Of a stretch of 64,000 nt of DNA, positions 53,940-62,403 are shown piece after piece. The stretch is from IMG/VR virus record IMGVR_UViG_3300049217_000071, positions 204,345 to 268,344 of that record; one strand, 5' to 3'. Positions within the stretch are counted from its first letter, which is position 1. Every line of letters starts with the position of its first letter. The translations under genes were made by a program, and so were the position numbers. The notes under the pieces are model-generated. The model did no database searches. It was not told the DNA's origin and saw only the letters and a list, made by a program, of their open reading frames with translations.

Positions 53940-54631
53940 GTAGCGAATCAGAGTTCGCATACGCGCCCAAATACAATACTCACTTTATTGTCAAAAACAC
54001 TTGTACAGATAATCACAAAACTATCTTCATTTTCAATTATCCAATCAACTGGGGACAAACCAGAGATATTCTAGCCATTCCAGGAATAGAAGAGGCAGAC
54101 ATTCGAGCTTCTCTTCTCAAAGGTGTTCTGCGACATAAATTTCTAAATGGTGATATCAGTCTAGTGGCCAGCAATATTGATCTGTTGCAATTCAGCACCA
54201 AACAACGCGCTTTCCTGGAAAGTTTTGGTTTCAGTACAGGCGTTCAAGTCGGCTATAACGAGTTGGATGGCTATGTGCAGAGTTTGCTATCTGGTGGCGG
54301 TGGAGGTGGAATCACTCCTGCTCAACACGAAACTTTGAGACAGCTTATTCATTTTATTGATGAGGGTCCAGGTGATGGTTTTGCTTCAGGAGCTTTTAAG
54401 GTCACTCTACCACTGGCCAGTCCCTTTCCAACCTCGATTACTTGGTACCTCAGTATGGCTATGTCACAGAAACTTGTGGAAAAGTTTATTACTTACAACG
54501 CAAGTAAGTTCCCGATTACTATTCATTGGAATATGTATGATACTGATGGGGTGACAATCATTCATACCGTAATAGATACAATAGTTTACAGCGCAGCTTT
54601 CGAAGCTACCAGAACCAGGGTAATAAGCTAA
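53936..54631 (+). CDS. Hypothetical structural protein
   Basis: 231 aa, two-domain appearance split by SGGGGGG. Confidence 0.75.
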   Translation: MSSESEFAYAPKYNTHFIVKNTCTDNHKTIFIFNYPINWGQTRDILAIPGIEEADIRASLLKGVLRHKFLNGDISLVASNIDLLQFSTKQRAFLESFGFSTGVQVGYNELDGYVQSLLSGGGGGGITPAQHETLRQLIHFIDEGPGDGFASGAFKVTLPLASPFPTSITWYLSMAMSQKLVEKFITYNASKFPITIHWNMYDTDGVTIIHTVIDTIVYSAAFEATRTRVIS

Positions 54632-54657
54632 CATAGGGTAAAGAAAGAGAAAGTAAT

Positions 54658-55155
54658 ATGTCCGCCGATTCTCCAGCAGCAATACTATTTGACGAACTTG
54701 GTAATCCGGTTGGGGTTATCTTTGATGGCACAGAATATCGTTTGCAGACTCAAACCACTATTACGGATGGTTATGAGGCTGGCCCAGTAGCAGTCAAGCC
54801 GCCTTTTATTGCGGCTGATTCCGCCGACCCCGCCCTAGTAGTTGCTATCTCTCCCAACAACCCAATTACTACTTCTGTAGCTCGTCCGGCTAACAACAAC
54901 ACTACGAGTGTTGCGGCTTCCACTTCTAACGCAGTGCTACTTGCTTCCAATTCGATTAGATTGGGAGCCACTCTATATAATGATTCCTCGTCTGTACTTT
55001 ATATGAAACTAGGCGCTACCGCTAGTTTGACTGATTTTACCAACAGGATATTTCCATCTTGCTACTATGAAGTTCCATTTGGTTATACCGGAGAAATAGA
55101 CGGTTTCTGGGTGACTGCTGTTGGACATGCTAGAGTAGGCGAACTAGTTCCATAA
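54658..55155 (+). CDS. Fibre/appendage-like structural protein (shortest member of a 3-gene family)
   Basis: Shares the N-terminal SP...L(F/Y) start and the C-terminal ~80-aa domain (ND...LY...Y(Y/W)E.P..(Y/F).G.(I/V).G.W) with the next two genes. Confidence 0.7.
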   Translation: MSADSPAAILFDELGNPVGVIFDGTEYRLQTQTTITDGYEAGPVAVKPPFIAADSADPALVVAISPNNPITTSVARPANNNTTSVAASTSNAVLLASNSIRLGATLYNDSSSVLYMKLGATASLTDFTNRIFPSCYYEVPFGYTGEIDGFWVTAVGHARVGELVP

Positions 55156-55222
55156 CAATGCCACTATCTATGAATAAAAAAGTATGTTATTCGTAGGATC
55201 TTCCACACATACAGGATAAAAT

Positions 55223-56539
55223 ATGTCAAGCCAATCACCAGTAGTAGTTTTATACAGCTCGGACGGTTATGAATTAGGGGTGGATTCTGGCATTGCCATT
55301 CCAGCTAATACTAGAGGGCTTCTGTTTGCAGGCTCTGATGGAACTAATGCAAGATTTGTTTTAACAGATATTTCTGGACATTTAATTACCGTCAGTGATG
55401 GACCAACTGCTGCCACTCCTCCAGCCGATGCAAGTTTAGCAGGAGCTGTGGTTAATACCACTGCACTGTCTGGTTTAACCAACACAGATATGTATCCACT
55501 CTCACTTACGACAGCAGCTTTGCTACGTATTGACGGTGTGTATCCTACAGCGGCTGCCGCCCCCTCTACCGATGCTATGTATGTGGCTGGCGCTGTAACT
55601 ACGGCTGCACCTAGCTACACTACTGGTCAAATGGATCCACTATCCCTTAACTTGGCTGGTGGTTTACGTATTGACGGTGTTTCCGCTACCGGCGCTGCAA
55701 CTGGTGCTACCGCTATGTTGTCTGGTGGTGCTGTTACTACCGCTGCTCCAGCTTATACGACTGGCCAAATGGATCCATTGTCCCTAACTACTCTTGGAGG
55801 CTTGCGCATTGATGGCGTTTATGCCGTTGCAACTGCTAATGCTACTGCTGCTGACGTAGGAAGCGTTGGAGGTTATGTTACTACGGCTGCCCCGACTTAT
55901 ACCACGGGTCAATTGAACCCAATTTCTCTAAACACTGCTGGTGGCTTACGTCTTGACGGTGTTTCTGCTACCGCAGCTACAACTGGTGGCACGGCTATGT
56001 TGTCTGGTGGTGCTGTTACTACCGCTGCTCCAACTTACACAACCGGTCAAATGGATCCGTTGTCCCTAACTACTCTTGGAGGCTTGCGCATTGATGGCGT
56101 TTATGCCGTTGCAACTGCTAATGCTACTGCCGCAGATGTAACCAATGTAGGTGGTTATGTTACTACCGCAGCTCCAACTTATACAACGGGTCAACTCAAT
56201 CCATTATCTTTGGATACTAGTGGTAACTTGCGTGTTGCTGGATCTTTTACTGCAACCAAGTCAACTACCACCGCTCTAACCAGCGTAGCTTCTAACGGAG
56301 CCAGTGTTACTTTATTGGCCGCTAATGCTGCCCGTATTAGCGCTACATTTTTCAATGATAGTCCAACCGAAATACTTTATCTTGGAATGACTTCTAATCC
56401 AGTTTCATTAACATCTTACTCAATCAAGTTAATGCCATATTCTTATTGGGAACTTCCAATTGATTATACCGGACAAATTAACGGCATTTGGAACAACCAA
56501 GCCGGTGGTGCTGTCAGGATTACAGAACTTACTCCTTAA
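55223..56539 (+). CDS. Fibre-like structural protein with internal repeats
   Basis: Ala/Thr/Gly-rich; six TTAAP.YTTGQ..PLSL...GGLR.DG units; family C-terminal domain. Confidence 0.8.
   Translation: MSSQSPVVVLYSSDGYELGVDSGIAIPANTRGLLFAGSDGTNARFVLTDISGHLITVSDGPTAATPPADASLAGAVVNTTALSGLTNTDMYPLSLTTAALLRIDGVYPTAAAAPSTDAMYVAGAVTTAAPSYTTGQMDPLSLNLAGGLRIDGVSATGAATGATAMLSGGAVTTAAPAYTTGQMDPLSLTTLGGLRIDGVYAVATANATAADVGSVGGYVTTAAPTYTTGQLNPISLNTAGGLRLDGVSATAATTGGTAMLSGGAVTTAAPTYTTGQMDPLSLTTLGGLRIDGVYAVATANATAADVTNVGGYVTTAAPTYTTGQLNPLSLDTSGNLRVAGSFTATKSTTTALTSVASNGASVTLLAANAARISATFFNDSPTEILYLGMTSNPVSLTSYSIKLMPYSYWELPIDYTGQINGIWNNQAGGAVRITELTP
55440..56250 (+). repeat. Six coding repeats of about 46-49 aa; highest identity at a 282-nt period
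   Basis: The stretch from 55712 recurs nearly identically from 55994. Confidence 0.9.
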
Positions 56540-56606
56540 CTGATAGGCTTTGAGAGGTATTTAGCTAATAGAACTCAAAGAATATGTGAGTAGATAGGGA
56601 AAGTGT

Positions 56607-58982
56607 ATGGCAGGCGAGTCACCGGTAGTCAATTTATTTAGCTCAGATGGCTATGAAATGGCCGTGGTTAATAGTGTATCTATTCCACCTAATACCAGGG
56701 GCTATTTGGTTGCCGGAACAGATGGAACTACCACCCGTATCATTTTGATGGACGGTTCATCTAGGGTAGTCGTGGTAGGAGCCGGCACAGCCGGTACCCC
56801 AGCCGGTGGAGTTCTAACTATTCAAGGTGTGGCTCTAGGAACTGCTGTCATAACTACTGATACATCAGATGGTGCTGTTTCTGGTGGTACGGCCGGCACT
56901 ACTTCTATGTTAACTGGTGGCGTTTTTAACTCTGGAGTTTTGTCATTAACAACTGGACAGCAAGCATCTCTTCAATTGACGGCCTCTGGCCAACTTAAGA
57001 CAGTAGCACAGTCAAGTACGGCAACTGGTGCTGCTACACCAGCTAACGCTTTTCTTATGGGTGGTGCGGCAACTACCGCTGCGCCCACTTATATCACGGG
57101 TGATTTAGAACCTCTATCTCTTAATTTGGCCGGCGGTTTAAGAGTAGATGGCTCTGGTGTTACGCAACCAATTTCTAACACACAAACAGCGGAAACTACG
57201 GCAGCCTGGACCAGTGCTACGGCCGTAAATACTACCTTAGCTTTAACAGTAACTAACTATGCATCTGTTGTAGTAACTATCAATCAAGGCTCTACTATTA
57301 CAGGAGGCGCTGTTACTTTTGAGGTTTCTGATACCGTAGCTGGCACTAACTGGTATCCAGTATCTACCGTAACTAGTTTTTCTGCGTTACCATCTGCCGC
57401 CTATGTTTTTGTAGCTAGCACTAACGTTGCGTTCCAATTGAATGTTTCTGGTCTTATACAGTTCAGAGCCAGACTTTCTACGGCCATCACCGGAACGGCC
57501 ACTATCAATATAGGTATTGCTGCTAGTGCCGCCTCTGCGCCTATTCAACAAGAACAATATGCTTTGTTAACGGATGGCGCTAACGGTCCAGTAGCAGTCA
57601 AAGCACCGTCCGTATCTGCTTTGACTACTGATCCTGCATTAGTAGTAGCTATCTCTCCCAATAACGGATCTGCTGGTTTATTGCCGGTCGCTCTTGGTGG
57701 TCCAGGCACTGTTGATGTTTTTGGACAGCTAACTTCGGCCCAACGCATTAACCAAGTTTCAATACCATTTTTTCAGGCCGCCCCCAGTTCGCTAATAACT
57801 GTAACAACAACCGGATCCGCTACGGCTACCCAAGGAACAGGCACTGGTATTTTTGCGACAGGAGCCACTTCATCCTCAGAAGTAAAAGGCGTTACTGCTG
57901 CGACAGTGGCATATTCGCCTCACTATGAATTATTTGCGGCATTTACGGCGGCATTTACTGCTGGTGTAGCTGGCACATATCAGAGAATTGGTCTTTACAA
58001 TACTACGGACGGGTTCTCCTTTGGATACAATGGAACGGCCTTTGGTCTCTGGTCGCGCTACAACAGCGTTGATACTTTTGTGGCGCAAACAAGCTGGAAC
58101 ATCGACAAACTTGCCGGATCTGTAAGTTCTAAATTTACCAGCTTGGGAGTGCCCCAGACATTAGTGCAAGCTGACATAAATCTTTATCGTATCAGATTTG
58201 GTTGGCTGGGTATTTCTCCGATTGTTTATGAAGTGATGGCCCCTGATGGGAATTGGGTTGTTGTTCATACCATTCTGCTTCCAAATAGTCAGACGACTGT
58301 TAGCGTTACTAATCCTAACTTGCCAATGACTATAGATGTCAATAACCAAGCTGTAGCTACTGCTTTGACGGTCACTTGTGGTTGTTGGGTGGCTGGTAGT
58401 GATGCTCCGGCTGCTGTCAAGCCAGCTTCTACTGCTGCGGTAGCTGCGGATGCTTCCATGGTAGTAGCTTTGAGCCCCAACAGTTTGTTGGCAGAAGCGG
58501 GCGTCACATCTTTAGGAACTACAACCAGTATTGCTGCTACATTACTAAATAATCAGGTCAATATGAATATAGTTGATCTGCAAGCAGGATCTAAATTAGA
58601 TCTAATCTATTATAAACTTGATGATTTATTTAATCTAATGGTAAGTGCCGGTATTAATACATATACTCCTATAAAAACTCAACGTTCTTATTCAACTACA
58701 CATACTACTTTTGCCGCAGCTACCTCGGCCAAGACATATTTGAATGTTAATACTTCAAGAACTGGCGCGACATTTATCAATGACATTGGCTCTACCAGTA
58801 ATTTATATCTTTTATTGGGAGCGGATGTGGGTGTGGCAGTTTCCGCCACTAACTATACCGTTCTGCTTGTGCCAAACGGATATTATGAACTACCATATGG
58901 GTTTTCGGGACGTGTGGATGGTATTTGGAGCGCCACTGTGGGCAACGTCTATATTACTGAGATATCTAACGGAAACCTATGA
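56607..58982 (+). CDS. Large fibre-like structural protein
   Basis: Shares the N-terminus and repeat unit with 55223, DPALVVAISPNN with 54658, and the family C-terminal domain; carries an extra beta-rich central domain. Confidence 0.8.
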   Translation: MAGESPVVNLFSSDGYEMAVVNSVSIPPNTRGYLVAGTDGTTTRIILMDGSSRVVVVGAGTAGTPAGGVLTIQGVALGTAVITTDTSDGAVSGGTAGTTSMLTGGVFNSGVLSLTTGQQASLQLTASGQLKTVAQSSTATGAATPANAFLMGGAATTAAPTYITGDLEPLSLNLAGGLRVDGSGVTQPISNTQTAETTAAWTSATAVNTTLALTVTNYASVVVTINQGSTITGGAVTFEVSDTVAGTNWYPVSTVTSFSALPSAAYVFVASTNVAFQLNVSGLIQFRARLSTAITGTATINIGIAASAASAPIQQEQYALLTDGANGPVAVKAPSVSALTTDPALVVAISPNNGSAGLLPVALGGPGTVDVFGQLTSAQRINQVSIPFFQAAPSSLITVTTTGSATATQGTGTGIFATGATSSSEVKGVTAATVAYSPHYELFAAFTAAFTAGVAGTYQRIGLYNTTDGFSFGYNGTAFGLWSRYNSVDTFVAQTSWNIDKLAGSVSSKFTSLGVPQTLVQADINLYRIRFGWLGISPIVYEVMAPDGNWVVVHTILLPNSQTTVSVTNPNLPMTIDVNNQAVATALTVTCGCWVAGSDAPAAVKPASTAAVAADASMVVALSPNSLLAEAGVTSLGTTTSIAATLLNNQVNMNIVDLQAGSKLDLIYYKLDDLFNLMVSAGINTYTPIKTQRSYSTTHTTFAAATSAKTYLNVNTSRTGATFINDIGSTSNLYLLLGADVGVAVSATNYTVLLVPNGYYELPYGFSGRVDGIWSATVGNVYITEISNGNL

Positions 58983-59025
58983 TGAATTTCAACGCATTTT
59001 ACTACATCACGGATATAGGCAAGTT

Positions 59026-59622
59026 ATGGACTGTATTGTTTATAAGCACACTAACAAAATAAACGGAAAAATCTACGTTGGCCAAACGTGGCGGACTATT
59101 CGGCAGAGATCTAAAAATGGTACTCATTATAAAGGTAATCCACATTTTTGGGCCGCTATTCAGAAGTATGGTTGGAAAAATTTTCAGTCAGAATTGATTA
59201 CTGTCGCTCATACGCAAGAGATTGCTAATTATTGGGAACAATATTTCATCGACCAATATGATAGCCGTAACCGTGATACGGGCTATAATTTTAGAGATGC
59301 TGGAAGTCATGGCAAAATGTCTACGGAAAGCAGGCTAAAAATGTCGGAAGCTAGGATGGGCAAGGAGCCGTGGAATAAGGGAAAGTTAGGCTGTTATTCG
59401 GGTGCCGTTTTGGAACAGATGTCAAAATCTAGAAAAGGCAAGACATCATGTATGAAAGGTAAAGCTCATACCAAACAGGCCAGGCAACAAATGTCAATAT
59501 CTAGGATGGGATACCAAAATCATTTGGGTAAATCACATACCAATGAGGCCAAACAAAAGATGTCTGTGGCTTTCAGGGGTAAAACCTGGAAACTGATTGA
59601 TGGAAAAAGAGTTTGGCAATAA
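59026..59622 (+). CDS. GIY-YIG homing-endonuclease-like protein
   Basis: IVYKHTN...IYVGQT, GYN, NUMOD3-like repeats; C-terminal TWKLIDGKRVW matches the 39434 gene. Confidence 0.9.
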   Translation: MDCIVYKHTNKINGKIYVGQTWRTIRQRSKNGTHYKGNPHFWAAIQKYGWKNFQSELITVAHTQEIANYWEQYFIDQYDSRNRDTGYNFRDAGSHGKMSTESRLKMSEARMGKEPWNKGKLGCYSGAVLEQMSKSRKGKTSCMKGKAHTKQARQQMSISRMGYQNHLGKSHTNEAKQKMSVAFRGKTWKLIDGKRVWQ

Positions 59623-59653
59623 TCAGACATTACTATGAATTAGGAGATAAGTT

Positions 59654-60295
59654 ATGGCGTTCGAGATCCAAGGAAAAGTGGGACCAGGTTATGCAGCAGA
59701 CGGGTCTCTAGTCGATCCAAGAATGACTAGAGATCTAGCGACAGTGACGCAAGATGCACATGGCAGATTTTATGAAGCTGTTTATCGTGGTAACGTCTAT
59801 ACGGCTGCCACCGCATCAGCTGGTTATACTATCGTAGCGACTACCGATATTTCACCGTTACCAGCTAACACAGGTGTTCCGATCATTGGTATTTTTAATC
59901 CAACGGTATCTACAGTTAACCTGGTAGTTATGAGAACAAAGCTTGTTACAATTTCTGGCACGCCTGCTGGTCCAATATCTTGGAACGTTATTCCTGCACC
60001 ATGTGGTATTACCATTGCTGGAACGCAGGGTCTTAACAACAAAACCTTTCAGGTTGGTGGGATAGGCAGGGTTGCTCTTAACACTGCTATTACTGGTTCA
60101 GCTGCTGGTATTATGTTTAGAAGTCTCGGAGGCCCCGGCCCCGGTGCTGTTGCTGGTACCCTGATGCAAGTCGAGGAAATCACCGATGGAGACATCATTG
60201 TAGCTCCAGGTGCTTTTGCTGGTTTGGCCGCTTTTGGAACTGGTACCTCTCAAGTAGTGCTTGCCTCAATTACTTGGGAAGAAGTTGCCGTATGA
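59654..60295 (+). CDS. Hypothetical structural protein
   Basis: aggag RBS; motif at 59618 upstream; beta-rich. Confidence 0.75.
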   Translation: MAFEIQGKVGPGYAADGSLVDPRMTRDLATVTQDAHGRFYEAVYRGNVYTAATASAGYTIVATTDISPLPANTGVPIIGIFNPTVSTVNLVVMRTKLVTISGTPAGPISWNVIPAPCGITIAGTQGLNNKTFQVGGIGRVALNTAITGSAAGIMFRSLGGPGPGAVAGTLMQVEEITDGDIIVAPGAFAGLAAFGTGTSQVVLASITWEEVAV

Positions 60296-60552
60296 AAATT
60301 ACTGTCAATCCTACACAAGCAAATGAGATGTATACAAATTTTACGACCGGTGGTCCAGGGTTTCCAAATCCTCCAACGGCAAATGGTTATACAGTGCTGT
60401 ATTCTTCTAATGGTACAAATGTGTCGGATGTCACCATCATAGTAAATATCAATACATCATCGTATTGGTTACATCATACTGGATCATTTTCTGTTACGAC
60501 ACTTTTGGGATTTTTTCCTGCTGCTATTCAGGTGGACGACATATCCGAATAA
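60292..60552 (+). CDS. Small hypothetical protein
   Basis: ATGA overlap with the upstream stop; 86 aa. Confidence 0.6.
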   Translation: MKITVNPTQANEMYTNFTTGGPGFPNPPTANGYTVLYSSNGTNVSDVTIIVNINTSSYWLHHTGSFSVTTLLGFFPAAIQVDDISE

Positions 60553-60563
60553 CGGAGATAAAT

Positions 60564-60851
60564 ATGAACCAACCAACGATGATTTTCTTTTTTTATTTCA
60601 ACTATGATGGAACATCTCCAACAGTAAGTATAGACACGCGCACCGGTCCCATTATGTATGCTGCCCAAAATGGTACTTTGCCTCCGACTTTTGCGGACAC
60701 ACCAACCAGTGTCGTTGATGTACGAGCCGAAAGTCAGGCTGTCAATTTACCCACGACTGCTACAATGGTTGGTCGTAAAGTAATAGTTGATATTCCGGCT
60801 GGATTTGTGGTGGCTTTGGGATGCACTATAACCGGTACGTTTCTTTACTAA
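60564..60851 (+). CDS. Small hypothetical protein
   Basis: ggag RBS before the ATG at 60564; 95 aa. Confidence 0.65.
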   Translation: MNQPTMIFFFYFNYDGTSPTVSIDTRTGPIMYAAQNGTLPPTFADTPTSVVDVRAESQAVNLPTTATMVGRKVIVDIPAGFVVALGCTITGTFLY

Positions 60852-60872
60852 AAGGCAGAAAGTTAAGACCAT

Positions 60873-61634
60873 ATGCCAAAATTTAATCAGGTTGCCACAC
60901 TTGTCAGATATGCGATTACGGCTAATGGTAACTGGCGTTGTCCATCCGATGTTACTACTATTTTAGCCACTGGTTTTGGTGGCGGCGGTGGCGGGGCAGG
61001 CTCTTTGAGTGCCGGTAATGTGTCCGCTGGTGGTGGCGGAGGCGGCGCTATTCAGTCGACAATTTCTATTACTGTCACACCTGGCACATTGTATGCCATA
61101 GTTATTGGTGCTGGTGGTGCCGCGGTAGCAGTTGGTAATCAGGGTAACCCTGGAACTGATACAAAATTCAATGGTGGTGGAGCCGGCCCTTTAAGTGGAC
61201 AATGGAGTGGCGCCAGTGGCGGAAATTTCGGTCCTGGTGGTCAATGTTTCTTGGCAAATGGTGGTACTAATTTATTTACGGCTATTACTTCTGTTGGATT
61301 TGGATCAATGGCATCTGGAGGGGCCGGCACTGTTGGTGCTCCTTTAGCGGGTCAAAGAAATAGTGTTGGAGGATTTGTCGGAGGTGCCGCAGGCGCAATT
61401 GTAACCAACACCGGAGGTGGTGGTGGCGGTGCTGGTCCCGAAGGTGCTGGCGGTGCAGGAGGAACGGGCTCTACCACCAATGGTGGTACTGGAACTGGCG
61501 CAGCCAATAATACTGGAGCAGGTGGTGGCGGTGGTGGTTCAGGCACTAATGCTAGCGGTGGTGGTGGTAAAGGCGGTTCAGGTAAACTCTATTTAGAATA
61601 CTGGACCGTGCAAACAACAGTGGTGACAAGTTAA
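60873..61634 (+). CDS. Glycine-rich structural protein
   Basis: W.CP.DVT.I.A.G(F/Y)GGGG start and GKLY end shared with the next two genes. Confidence 0.8.
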   Translation: MPKFNQVATLVRYAITANGNWRCPSDVTTILATGFGGGGGGAGSLSAGNVSAGGGGGGAIQSTISITVTPGTLYAIVIGAGGAAVAVGNQGNPGTDTKFNGGGAGPLSGQWSGASGGNFGPGGQCFLANGGTNLFTAITSVGFGSMASGGAGTVGAPLAGQRNSVGGFVGGAAGAIVTNTGGGGGGAGPEGAGGAGGTGSTTNGGTGTGAANNTGAGGGGGGSGTNASGGGGKGGSGKLYLEYWTVQTTVVTS

Positions 61635-62401
61635 TGCCCAGCTATTATCCAACTCCATCTTTTGTTAGATATGCCATTACCGCTTCTGGTAACTGGCGTT
61701 GCCCATTAGATGTCACAGCTATTACTGCTATTGGTTATGGTGGTGGCGGTTCAGGTGGAGGAGGACTTACTACTTCGGGAGCTGGCGGCGGGGGCGGAGC
61801 ACTTCAATCTAAACAGACTATCATTACCGTACCTAATACATTGTATGCCATAGTTATTGGTGCTGGTGGTGCTTCAGTGGCAGCTGCTACGGTCGGTAAT
61901 TTTGGAACTGATACAACATTTGCAGGAGGCGGCGCTACCTTAACTTGGAGCGGCGCCAGTGGTGGTGGTAGCGCCTCAGGATTAGCGGGCGGTGGCCAAG
62001 CGTACAAAGCGGGTACAGGAGTAAATTCATTTACCAGTGGTAGCGGCATTGCTGGTGCGCAAGGAAGTTTTAATCCTGGTGCTGGCGGTCAGTCAAGCTC
62101 GGGCGGAGCCTCACCTGGAACTAGAAATCTTATTGGTGCATTTGATGGCGGATCAGCTGGCACCACTATTACTGTTTCTGGAGGTGGTGGCGGTGGTGCA
62201 GGCCCCGAAGGTGTTGGAGGTAACGGTGGCAATGGTTCTGCGACTACTGGTGTTGGAGGAACAACATTCGGCGCTAATACAGGAGCCGGCGGTGGCGGAG
62301 GAGGCGGCGGATCAACTATTGGTGGTGGTGGCGCAGCTGGTGTAGCCGGCAAACTTTATTTGGAGTATTGGACGGTTTATACCGTAGTGGTGACAAGTTA
62401 A
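61634..62401 (+). CDS. Glycine-rich structural protein (paralogue)
   Basis: Close paralogue of 60873; identical DNA patches. Confidence 0.8.
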   Translation: MPSYYPTPSFVRYAITASGNWRCPLDVTAITAIGYGGGGSGGGGLTTSGAGGGGGALQSKQTIITVPNTLYAIVIGAGGASVAAATVGNFGTDTTFAGGGATLTWSGASGGGSASGLAGGGQAYKAGTGVNSFTSGSGIAGAQGSFNPGAGGQSSSGGASPGTRNLIGAFDGGSAGTTITVSGGGGGGAGPEGVGGNGGNGSATTGVGGTTFGANTGAGGGGGGGGSTIGGGGAAGVAGKLYLEYWTVYTVVVTS

Positions 62402-62403
62402 TT

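Noticed and set aside
58744-59025. N-terminal 94-aa extension of the third GIY-YIG ORF
   Set aside because: It overlaps the 3' end of the 791-aa fibre gene in another frame; homology to the other GIY-YIG genes begins at the ATG at 59026.
13380-59622. Group I introns or inteins hosting the endonucleases
   Set aside because: Flanking genes (terL, MCP, dnaE portion, recA) read as complete and uninterrupted, and no split ORFs or intein termini were seen.
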